Below are positions 29,072-37,827 of a stretch of 58,522 nucleotides of DNA, in pieces. A program made the translations under genes and the position numbers. The stretch is from Eubacteriales bacterium (GTDB lineage Bacteria; Bacillota; Clostridia; Oscillospirales; CAG-272), in contig JAZRFQ010000011.1 of the NCBI GenBank assembly GCA_045643725.1, positions 1 to 58,522 on the forward strand, written 5' to 3'. The notes below the pieces were generated by a model. That model ran no database searches, was not told where the DNA came from, and worked only from the letters and a program-made list of their open reading frames with translations. Every line of letters starts with the position of its first letter. Position 1 is the first letter of the stretch.

Positions 29072-29815
29072 TCAAATAAAAGGAAATAAAGACCAGAAGC
29101 TAGTGATAAGCCAAGACATGCCTTCTATTGCAAATCCAAGAATATTGGAAAGAGAAAGACAGAACGCCGGAATGGCAAGAACGGGATTGTTTGCAATGAA
29201 AGGCAGCGAGAGTGCGGCATCCGAAATTATATTACCGATAAGCAACCAGCCGATAAGAATGTAATAAATAGTTCTCTCGTGGCGCATGATTGCAAAATAA
29301 TGCTTCGGCGGCAGCAATAAACCAAGGATTCTCGAGCCGTCAAGCGGAGGCACGGGAATCAGATTAAATATCGCGATACCCAGATTAACAACGTGGAAAA
29401 TATAGAAAAACTGCATTGCGTTGTAAGTAACGTTAAATGCAAATTCGGCAGGCGTACTGCGTGCCAATAAATTTATTAGTGCTTTTTGGAAAATTAAAAA
29501 AACAGGTGCAGCAAAGAATGAAATCATTAAATTGATTAGCGGTCCCGCAAGAGCCGATATAGCAAATCCGCGGCGCGGATTTTTGAAGTTTCTTGCATTA
29601 ATAGGAACAGGCTTCGCCCATCCAAAGTGGAAAAAGATCATGCAAATGGCGCCAACAGGATCCAGGTGCTTGAGGGGATTCAGTGAAAGTCGGCCAAGAT
29701 TCTTCGCCGTAGGGTCGCCCATCTTATATGCGGCATATGCGTGCGCATACTCATGGACGGTTAAGGTTATGAGAACTGCCAGGGCAGATAGAGCATAATA
29801 AGGTAAATCGTTCAT
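29072..29815 (-). CDS. Site-2 (M50) membrane metalloprotease
   Basis: HEYAH, GWAKPVP, AGP, FNLIPVPPLDG. Confidence 0.92.
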   Translation of the reverse strand: MNDLPYYALSALAVLITLTVHEYAHAYAAYKMGDPTAKNLGRLSLNPLKHLDPVGAICMIFFHFGWAKPVPINARNFKNPRRGFAISALAGPLINLMISFFAAPVFLIFQKALINLLARSTPAEFAFNVTYNAMQFFYIFHVVNLGIAIFNLIPVPPLDGSRILGLLLPPKHYFAIMRHERTIYYILIGWLLIGNIISDAALSLPFIANNPVLAIPAFCLSLSNILGFAIEGMSWLITSFWSLFPFI

Positions 29816-29837
29816 TTGGAGATTCCTTTTTGTAAAA

Positions 29838-30437
29838 TTATTTTATCGAGTCGAAAATTTTACTCCAAAGCTCGTCCTTGCCGTCACGTGTAACAGATGA
29901 GAAGGGAAGCACGCTTATGCCGGTTCCCTTAAAGTAGTTTTCCTCGAAAGAGTCAAGCTGGCGACGAAGCTCACTCTTGGAGAGCTTGTCAGCCTTGGTA
30001 GCAACTACGATAAACGGAACGCCGCAGTCGATAAGCCAGTTGATCATCATAATGTCGTCATCAGTAGGACCTACTCTTACGTCGATGAGCTGGATTACCA
30101 ACTTAATGGCGTCCGCCGACGGATTCTTGAGGAAATAATCCTCCGTGAGACTACTCCAGGATCGCTTGGATTCCTGAGAGCGTCTTGCATACCCGTATCC
30201 CGGAAGATCTACGAGATAGAGCTGCTTGTCGATATCGTAATAGTTAATAGTGATGGTTTTGCCGGGAGTCGAAGAAACTCTGGCAAGAGATTTTCTGCCG
30301 AGCATCGTGTTGATAAGCGAGCTTTTACCGACGTTTGATCTACCCGAGAGGGCTACCTCCGGACGCGGATCGCGAGGGAACTGCTTAGCGTTACCAACCG
30401 TCATTGCGATGTTCGAGTTGTTTATGTTGATTTTCAT
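29838..30437 (-). CDS. engB: Ribosome biogenesis GTPase YsxC/EngB
   Basis: GRSNVGKSS, DLPGYG, TKADK; downstream of lon. Confidence 0.95.
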   Translation of the reverse strand: MKININNSNIAMTVGNAKQFPRDPRPEVALSGRSNVGKSSLINTMLGRKSLARVSSTPGKTITINYYDIDKQLYLVDLPGYGYARRSQESKRSWSSLTEDYFLKNPSADAIKLVIQLIDVRVGPTDDDIMMINWLIDCGVPFIVVATKADKLSKSELRRQLDSFEENYFKGTGISVLPFSSVTRDGKDELWSKIFDSIK

Positions 30438-30438
30438 T

Positions 30439-32781
30439 TTAAATACCGTCTTTTTTGATTAAAGAATTTGCAAGCACGTCGTCTGCTGTTTTGCAGGGGA
30501 TGAACTTGAGGTTAGCACGCGCCTCGGAATCTATCTCATCAAGATCGCGCATATTATCTGCAGGGATAAGAACGGTAGAGATGCCTGCACGGTATGCCGC
30601 AAGGGTCTTTTCCTTAAGACCACCGATGGGCAACACCTTGCCACGCAGAGTGATCTCTCCTGTCATTGCAACGTCGCGTTTTACCGGAATACCTCCGAGA
30701 GCACTAACCATAGCAGTAACCATGGTCACACCGGCAGAAGGGCCGTCCTTGGGAATTGCACCTTCGGGGAAGTGAATATGAATATCCTGAGTTTTATAGA
30801 AATCAGCAGGAATACTGTATTTATCTGCAATCGTTCTTACGAGCGAGTGCGCAATCTTCGCCGACTCCTTCATAACCTCTCCGAGAGAACCGGTAAGCTC
30901 GATTTTGCCCGAGCCTTCCATTACCGCAACCTCGACCTTGAGAAGATCGCCGCCTACCTGCGTGTATGCAAGACCGTTTACTACTCCAATGGGGTCAGCG
31001 TCCTCGAGCTTTTCGTCGAGAACCTTGACTTTGCCGAGGAATTCCACGATATTTTTCTCTGTTATTCTTACCGATTTTACATCGGTTTCTGCAATCTTCT
31101 TTGCGCTTTTTCTGATGAGCGATGCGATTTCGCGCTCCAGATTACGGACACCGGCCTCACGAGTGTATCCCTTGATAAGCGCAAGAATACCGTTGTCGGT
31201 AATCTTAAAGAGCTTCTTTGTCATACCATTGCGCTTCAACTGCTTTGGAACGAGGTGGTTTTTCGCTATAGCGAGCTTCTCCGTGTCGGTGTAAGTGGAG
31301 AGCTCGATGATCTCCATTCTGTCGAGTAGAGGCGCAGGAATTCCATCATAGCTGTTTGCCGTAGCGATGAAGAGTGTTTCGGACAGATCGATGGGAATCT
31401 CCATGAAGTTGTCACGGAAGCTCTTGTTCTGCTCGGGGTCGAGAACCTCGAGAAGAGCAGAGGTGGGGTCACCTCTGAAATTATTGGACATCTTATCGAT
31501 CTCATCGAGAACTATAACGGGATTCTCCGCCTTTGCATTGATCAAAGCGGATACGATTCTTCCGGGCATAGCTCCGACGTAGGTCTTTCTGTGTCCGCGA
31601 ATCTCGGCCTCGTCATGCATACCACCAAGAGAAACCCTGGCGTATTTTCTGCCAAGCGCACGAGCGATAGAGGCCGCCACAGAGGTCTTACCAACACCGG
31701 GAGGTCCTACAAGACATATTATCTGATTCTTTACGTCGGGAGAGAACTGCTTAACTGCGACGAACTCAAGTATACGCTCCTTGACCTTTTCAAGACCGTC
31801 GTGATCCTCGTTGAGTATAGCTCTTGCCTCGTCAACGGTTACGGAATCCTGAATCTTGATACCAAAGGGAAAATCGAGACAAGTGTCGAGGTACGCACGG
31901 ATAACAGTGCCTTCCGCCGCACCAAAGGGGGTCTTCGCGAGCTTGCTGACCTCTTTGAAGAGCTTTTCCTTGATCTCGTCGGGCATTTTTGCCGCTGCTA
32001 TTTTCTCTTCGTATTCACGGATTTCATCGTCATCGTCATCGCCGAGCTCCGACTGAATGGCTTTTATCTGTTCGCGAAGGAAATAATCCTTCTGATTTCT
32101 GTCAATCTTATCGCGAACCTGCATCTGAATGTCGTGCTCGCATTCAAGGAGCATGAACTCTTCTTCAAGCGCAACGAGGAGCTTCTCGAGTCTGGGCTTG
32201 ACACGCATCGATTCAAGGACGGTCTGTTTGTTCTTGTAGTCGATTATAGCAGAGGACGCTACAAAGTCCGCCAAATATCCGGGAGCAGAGATTGATTCTG
32301 CCGCGAGACGCATCTCCTCCGTAAAGGTGGGATGGTAATTCTTCAGATTCGCGAGGTGGGATTTGACCTCCATAACCAGAGCGTCGCATACATTGTCGTT
32401 CTTGGTTACCGAATTCTCCTTTTTTGCTGTGCCGCTGACAACCATAAACCCAGGCTCGAAGTCAAAGGAATCAATTTTGACTCTCGCAATGCCCTCGAAG
32501 ACAACGGAGAGATTGCCCTGTGGATTCTTTACCACGTGTACAATTTTCGCAAGCGTTCCGACGCGATACATATCTTGTTCTTTGGGATCCTCAACAGCGA
32601 GATCCTTCTGTGCAACAAGTATGATTTTTGCATCGTGAACGGTTGCCGCCGCGGTGAATGCCTTCAGCGAGATATTACGCACGATCTCTATGCTGGTCTG
32701 AACACCGGGGAAGGCGACTATGCCGCGCAGTGCTATGGCAGGAAGCGAAACTTCCTTGTATATATCAATTGTATCTGACAT
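30439..32781 (-). CDS. lon: ATP-dependent protease La
   Basis: GPPGVGKTS, HRKTYVGAMPG, PKDGPSAG, GGLKEK. Confidence 0.97.
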   Translation of the reverse strand: MSDTIDIYKEVSLPAIALRGIVAFPGVQTSIEIVRNISLKAFTAAATVHDAKIILVAQKDLAVEDPKEQDMYRVGTLAKIVHVVKNPQGNLSVVFEGIARVKIDSFDFEPGFMVVSGTAKKENSVTKNDNVCDALVMEVKSHLANLKNYHPTFTEEMRLAAESISAPGYLADFVASSAIIDYKNKQTVLESMRVKPRLEKLLVALEEEFMLLECEHDIQMQVRDKIDRNQKDYFLREQIKAIQSELGDDDDDEIREYEEKIAAAKMPDEIKEKLFKEVSKLAKTPFGAAEGTVIRAYLDTCLDFPFGIKIQDSVTVDEARAILNEDHDGLEKVKERILEFVAVKQFSPDVKNQIICLVGPPGVGKTSVAASIARALGRKYARVSLGGMHDEAEIRGHRKTYVGAMPGRIVSALINAKAENPVIVLDEIDKMSNNFRGDPTSALLEVLDPEQNKSFRDNFMEIPIDLSETLFIATANSYDGIPAPLLDRMEIIELSTYTDTEKLAIAKNHLVPKQLKRNGMTKKLFKITDNGILALIKGYTREAGVRNLEREIASLIRKSAKKIAETDVKSVRITEKNIVEFLGKVKVLDEKLEDADPIGVVNGLAYTQVGGDLLKVEVAVMEGSGKIELTGSLGEVMKESAKIAHSLVRTIADKYSIPADFYKTQDIHIHFPEGAIPKDGPSAGVTMVTAMVSALGGIPVKRDVAMTGEITLRGKVLPIGGLKEKTLAAYRAGISTVLIPADNMRDLDEIDSEARANLKFIPCKTADDVLANSLIKKDGI

Positions 32782-33026
32782 TTGCTAACTCCAATCAGCC
32801 GATAAAACGGCAGTTTACATAATAATTCATACTATTATATCACACCTTGCCGGAAAAATCTAGCAATTTTTAAAATATTTCGCACATTTTACAAAAAATA
32901 AACAAATAATCGTATTTAGAGAGATTTAAAGTAAATATTTTAGGGAAATTTCGCACTTTTCATTGACTAAAAGTTAAAAGTGTGCTATCATATTATGTTG
33001 AGATAGTATGAGAAAAGGAGGCTTGT

Positions 33027-33527
33027 ATGCGAATACTCGGAATAGACCCCGGTTTTGCCATTGTAGGTTGGGGCATAATAGATAGTGAACGCGGTAATAT
33101 TCGCCCTGTTGCTTATGGTGCGATTACCACACCTGCACATACCAGCCTTGAATCAAGATTGCTAACGATTCAGCGCGACCTTGAGTCGCTCATAGAAAAA
33201 TATAAGCCCGACGAAATGGCAATTGAGGAGCTCTTTTTCAATACCAACATTACAACGGGTATTGCAGTTGCAGAGGCGCGAGGCGTTATTCTTTGCACGG
33301 CGCATCGCCTAGGTCTCAGAATTAGTGAATACACACCGCTTCAGGTCAAGCAGGCTGTTGTCGGATACGGAAAAGCAGAGAAGCACCAGGTAATTTCAAT
33401 GGTTGCCTCGCTTCTTAAACTGCCTAAACCGCCGAAGCCCGATGACGCGGCGGACGCAGTAGCAATAGCAATTTGTCATTCAAACTCAAATGGCTCGGCA
33501 ATGAGCAAATATTTCAATCAAAGGTAA
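33027..33527 (+). CDS. ruvC: Holliday junction resolvase RuvC
   Basis: ILGIDPG, AIEELFF, YTPLQVKQAVVGYG, DDAADA. Confidence 0.96.
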   Translation: MRILGIDPGFAIVGWGIIDSERGNIRPVAYGAITTPAHTSLESRLLTIQRDLESLIEKYKPDEMAIEELFFNTNITTGIAVAEARGVILCTAHRLGLRISEYTPLQVKQAVVGYGKAEKHQVISMVASLLKLPKPPKPDDAADAVAIAICHSNSNGSAMSKYFNQR

Positions 33528-33533
33528 CAGGTT

Positions 33534-34403
33534 ATGTGGCTTGCAGATAAATGGAAAGATTATCAGATAATAGATACCTCCGATGGAGAAAAGCTTGAAT
33601 ACTGGGGTAATTATAGCCTCATTCGTCCCGATCCTCAGGTAATATGGAAGTCGGACAAGCGTGATACTCTTTGGACGCGTGCCGATGCCAGTTATAAAAG
33701 AAGCCATTCGGGCGGTGGTGCTTGGAGCGAGAACAGACTCCCGGAGTGCTGGAATATCAACTACGGTGATCTTCGCTTTAAGATAAAGCCCATGGGATTC
33801 AAGCACACCGGCCTTTTTCCCGAGCAGGCAACGAACTGGGATTGGATGCGTGAGCTTATTACCTCGGCGGGAAGACCTATTAAGGTCCTCAATCTTTTTG
33901 CATATACGGGCGGTGCTACGGTTGCTTGCGCTAAGGCGGGTGCAGCAGTTTGTCACGTTGATGCATCGAAAGGAATGGTAGCAGCGGCGAAAGAGAACGC
34001 TGCGTTGTCGGGTCTTTCCGATGCGCCTATCCGATACATAGTTGACGATTGCAAGAAGTTCGTTGAGCGCGAGATCAGACGCGGTAATAAGTACGATGGC
34101 ATCATTATGGATCCTCCCTCCTACGGAAGAGGTCCGACAGGCGAGGTTTGGAAGATCGAGGAAGCTATCGATGACTTCGTTAAGCTTGTCTCGGAGGTCC
34201 TTTCTGATGATCCGCTGTTCTTCTTGCTGAACTCATATACCACGGGACTTTCGGCTTCTGCCATGAAATATATCACGGATATAAGACTTTTAACGAAAAG
34301 AAATGGAAAGAGCATCGCAGATGAAATCGGCCTTCCTGTTAAGAGAACGGGCCTTGCCTTGCCCTGCGGCTCCAGTGTAAGAGTTACGTTTAATAAGGAA
34401 TAA
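33534..34403 (+). CDS. Class I SAM-dependent methyltransferase (RlmI/RlmK-related)
   Basis: KHTGLFPEQ, LNLFAYTG, DPPSY. Confidence 0.85.
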   Translation: MWLADKWKDYQIIDTSDGEKLEYWGNYSLIRPDPQVIWKSDKRDTLWTRADASYKRSHSGGGAWSENRLPECWNINYGDLRFKIKPMGFKHTGLFPEQATNWDWMRELITSAGRPIKVLNLFAYTGGATVACAKAGAAVCHVDASKGMVAAAKENAALSGLSDAPIRYIVDDCKKFVEREIRRGNKYDGIIMDPPSYGRGPTGEVWKIEEAIDDFVKLVSEVLSDDPLFFLLNSYTTGLSASAMKYITDIRLLTKRNGKSIADEIGLPVKRTGLALPCGSSVRVTFNKE

Positions 34404-34406
34404 ACG

Positions 34407-35291
34407 ATGAGCAATGAAATTATCAGAACCGAGGGGCTCGGATTCGTATACGATGATGACGACTCGGTGAAACGAGAGGCAATACCTGCACTTGACAGTG
34501 TAAGTATTTCTATTGCAAGGGGAGAATACGTCGCGGTCCTTGGTCATAACGGATCGGGCAAGTCTACCTTTGCAAAATTACTCAATTTAATACTAACTCC
34601 AACGGTTGGAAAGATATATATCGACGGTCGTGACGTAACGGAAGAGAACTTTACCGAGGATGACGTTTTCGAGATTCGTAAGAAGATAGGTATGGTCTTT
34701 CAGAATCCCGACAACCAGCTCGTTGCAACTGTTGTAGAAGAAGACGTGGCTTTCGGTCCGGAAAATCTTGGATTGCCTCGTGAGGAAATCCGCCGTCGAG
34801 TAACCGAGGCTCTTTGCCTTGTCGATATGCAGGAGTATACTCATCATGCACCTCATAAGCTTTCCGGCGGTCAGAAGCAGCGAGTTGCTATTGCCGGTAT
34901 AATCGCTATGAAGCCTGATGTAATTATCTTTGACGAGTCTACCGCTATGCTCGATCCTATGGGCAGACGCGAGGTCGTCGGCATTATGGAGCGCCTCAAT
35001 CGTGAGGAAGGAATCACAGTTATCAATATCACTCACTATATGGAAGAGGCTGCGAGAGCCGACCGTGTCATCGTTATAAACGATGGAAAAATAGCGCTTG
35101 ATGGTACAGCGCGCGAAGTTTTCGCGCGTACAGAGGAGCTTCACTCCATGGGACTCGAATCACCGCAGGGCGTTGAGCTTATTGCAGAGCTTCGTGCCTC
35201 CGGCATCGCTTTAGATTTCAACGCGCTGACCGCGGAGGAGTGCGAGGAAGCGATTGCTAAGCTTCTTGAAGGAGGTGTCGTTAATGGATGA
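34407..35291 (+). CDS. ecfA1: ECF transporter ATPase A1
   Basis: GHNGSGKS, FQNPDNQ, LSGGQKQR. Confidence 0.93.
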   Translation: MSNEIIRTEGLGFVYDDDDSVKREAIPALDSVSISIARGEYVAVLGHNGSGKSTFAKLLNLILTPTVGKIYIDGRDVTEENFTEDDVFEIRKKIGMVFQNPDNQLVATVVEEDVAFGPENLGLPREEIRRRVTEALCLVDMQEYTHHAPHKLSGGQKQRVAIAGIIAMKPDVIIFDESTAMLDPMGRREVVGIMERLNREEGITVINITHYMEEAARADRVIVINDGKIALDGTAREVFARTEELHSMGLESPQGVELIAELRASGIALDFNALTAEECEEAIAKLLEGGVVNG

Positions 35292-36147
35292 AGTGTTAAG
35301 ACTTGACGGCGTTTCTTTTGTGTACGGCGAGGGTACGCCTTTTAGAAAGGTTGCACTTGATAACCTATCGGTTTCCTTTGAGCGCGGTAAGATAACCGGT
35401 CTTATCGGTCATACCGGTTCAGGAAAATCCACACTTGTCAATCTCCTTAACGGCATCAATAAACCCACCGAAGGTCATGTGTATCTTTCGGGCGAGGATA
35501 TTTGGGCAAAACCTAAGGAGATATCTAAAATCAGAGACCGTGTAGGTCTTGTTATGCAGTATCCCGAATATCAGCTCTTTGACGAGACTGTACGCGAGGA
35601 TATTGCCTTTGCGCCCAAGAATCTCGGACTTTCGGAGGAAGAGATCGCCGAGCGCGTAAATGAGGCGGCGAAGCTTACAGGCTTAACCGAAGATCTGCTC
35701 GATAAATCTCCGTTTGAGCTTTCCGGCGGACAGAAGCGTCGCGCGGCTATAGCAGGTATTCTTGCTATGCGCCCCGAGGTTCTTGTTCTTGATGAGCCTG
35801 CGGCAGGTCTTGATCCTCGCGGAAGACGTGAGATCCTCGGTTCGCTTCGCGAATACGTTAATAAGAATAATGCGTCCATTATACTCGTCAGTCACTCTAT
35901 GGAGGACATGGCGTACTACTGTGACAACGTAGTTGTAATGAGCAAGGCGAAAATCTTCGCCGAAGGCGCGGTAGATGAAATCTTCTCAAGAGGTGACGAG
36001 CTCTCTGAAATCGGACTGGACGTTCCTATGATTTCGAAGATAGCTACAAATCTTAAAAAGCGCGGATTCAATCTCGATGGCAGACTTTACACCGTCGAGG
36101 GTGTGCGCGATGCGATCCTTTCGTATAGAAAGGGGGCAGAGAAATGA
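35284..36147 (+). CDS. ecfA2: ECF transporter ATPase A2
   Basis: GHTGSGKS, QYPEYQLF, SPFELSGGQKRR. Confidence 0.93.
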   Translation: MDEVLRLDGVSFVYGEGTPFRKVALDNLSVSFERGKITGLIGHTGSGKSTLVNLLNGINKPTEGHVYLSGEDIWAKPKEISKIRDRVGLVMQYPEYQLFDETVREDIAFAPKNLGLSEEEIAERVNEAAKLTGLTEDLLDKSPFELSGGQKRRAAIAGILAMRPEVLVLDEPAAGLDPRGRREILGSLREYVNKNNASIILVSHSMEDMAYYCDNVVVMSKAKIFAEGAVDEIFSRGDELSEIGLDVPMISKIATNLKKRGFNLDGRLYTVEGVRDAILSYRKGAEK

Positions 36148-36992
36148 TTTCAGATATTACTCTTGGCCAATTCTTCCCGGGATTTTCTGTGATCCATAAG
36201 CTGGATCCGAGAACAAAAATCATTTTGTCGGTTCTTTTTATCGTTGCAATCTTTGTTGCTAATAACGTTGCGGCGTTCCTTCTTTTGACCTTAGCCGTGA
36301 TTGTTACTATCGCGTTGAGCCGTATATCCTTTAAGGTGATTTTCAAGGGAATAAAGCCTATAATTTTCATCTTGATTTTTACTGCGCTTCTTAATCTCTT
36401 TCTCACTACGGGAGAAGGTGAGCCGCTCGTTCAGTTTTGGGTGATCAAGATTTACAAAGAGGGAATAGTTCGCGCCTTCTTTATGGCATACAGAGTTATT
36501 CTTCTTATCGTAGGCACCAGCATACTCTTGACGTATACGACCTCGCCTATCTCGCTTACCGATGGACTCGAGTCGCTTCTCTCACCGTTGAAAGCGATAA
36601 AAGTTCCTGTGCATCTTTTTGCAATGATGATGTCTATAGCCCTTCGTTTTATTCCTACCTTGGTCGAGGAGACCGAGAAGATAATGAACGCGCAGAAATC
36701 GCGCGGCGCAGATTTCTCGAGTGGCGGACTTATCAAGCGCGCTAAGGCGCTAATACCCATTCTTATTCCGTTGTTCGTCTCATCCTTCAAGCGTGCAGAC
36801 GAGCTCGCAACCGCCATGGAATGCAGGTGCTATAGAGGCGACAAGAATCGAACAAAGCTCGTAAAGCTGACCTTCAAAGTACGTGATTTTGTTTGGATTT
36901 TAGTCTATGTAGCAGTTTTGGCATCAATGGTGGCTTTTGGGTATCTCTCTCGTCAGGTTGGTGGTAACTTCTTTATCCTTGGATTGATTTGA
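36144..36992 (+). CDS. ecfT: ECF transporter transmembrane subunit T
   Basis: LDPRTK, ALRFIP, AQKSRG, AMECR. Confidence 0.93.
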   Translation: MISDITLGQFFPGFSVIHKLDPRTKIILSVLFIVAIFVANNVAAFLLLTLAVIVTIALSRISFKVIFKGIKPIIFILIFTALLNLFLTTGEGEPLVQFWVIKIYKEGIVRAFFMAYRVILLIVGTSILLTYTTSPISLTDGLESLLSPLKAIKVPVHLFAMMMSIALRFIPTLVEETEKIMNAQKSRGADFSSGGLIKRAKALIPILIPLFVSSFKRADELATAMECRCYRGDKNRTKLVKLTFKVRDFVWILVYVAVLASMVAFGYLSRQVGGNFFILGLI

Positions 36993-37010
36993 TTTATTAT
37001 TGGAGGCACT

Positions 37011-37754
37011 ATGAAGTATTTTGCTAAAATCAAATATCTTGGCAGTGCCTTCCACGGCTTTCAGGTTCAACCGGAGAAGCGGACGGTGCAAGGAGAACTG
37101 TGCCAGGCGCTGAAGCTCGCTACAGGTGTGCCCTGTAAGGTTACAGGATGCAGTCGAACCGATGCGGGAGTTCATGCAAACGAGTTCTGCATTACGGTCG
37201 ACGCCGATGGCGCAACCGTTCCTCCTGATAAGCTGCCGATAGCAGTTTCTCGGTTTCTGCCTGATGATTTATCACTGTTTTGGGCAAAAGAGTGTGATGC
37301 AGATTTTCATCCGCGTTACGATGTAAAGTCAAAAGAGTATCTCTACCGTATAATCAATCAGAAGATATACGATCCTTTTGAGGTAGGCAGAGCCTGGTTC
37401 CCTCAGCGCACAGTCTCCACTGAAGGCATAGCCAGAATGCAGAAAGCGGCAGACTATTTTATAGGTAAACACGATTTTTCAACCTTTATGTCCGAGGGCT
37501 CGGATGTCACCGATTGTGTCAGAACTGTGTTCTATCTTTTGGTAGAGGAGAAGGACGGCCTTATTGAAATTCGCATTTCCGCCGACGGTTTCCTTTATAA
37601 CATGGTCAGAATTATAGTTGGAACACTTATGGAGATCGCATACGGTAGATTTTCTCCCGAGGATGTCCCTGTTATGATCGAGGCTTGTGACAGATCGAGA
37701 GCCGGTATGACGGCACCTCCGTTTGGACTTTATCTAAACAAGGTCGTTTACTGA
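37011..37754 (+). CDS. truA: tRNA pseudouridine(38-40) synthase
   Basis: GFQVQ, SRTDAGVHA, FLYNMVR, TAPPFGLYL. Confidence 0.95.
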   Translation: MKYFAKIKYLGSAFHGFQVQPEKRTVQGELCQALKLATGVPCKVTGCSRTDAGVHANEFCITVDADGATVPPDKLPIAVSRFLPDDLSLFWAKECDADFHPRYDVKSKEYLYRIINQKIYDPFEVGRAWFPQRTVSTEGIARMQKAADYFIGKHDFSTFMSEGSDVTDCVRTVFYLLVEEKDGLIEIRISADGFLYNMVRIIVGTLMEIAYGRFSPEDVPVMIEACDRSRAGMTAPPFGLYLNKVVY

Positions 37755-37782
37755 TGCGCCTTATTTTTACAGTTTAAAAATC

Positions 37783-37827
37783 ACTCCCGCGAGGCAAAAT
37801 GTAAAAAAGCCTTTGCGGGAGTTTTTT
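37783..37827 (+). terminator. Terminator-like hairpin after truA that overlaps the PBP ribosome-binding site
   Basis: ACTCCCGCGAGGC / GCCTTTGCGGGAGT plus TTTTTT ending directly at ATG 37828. Confidence 0.65.
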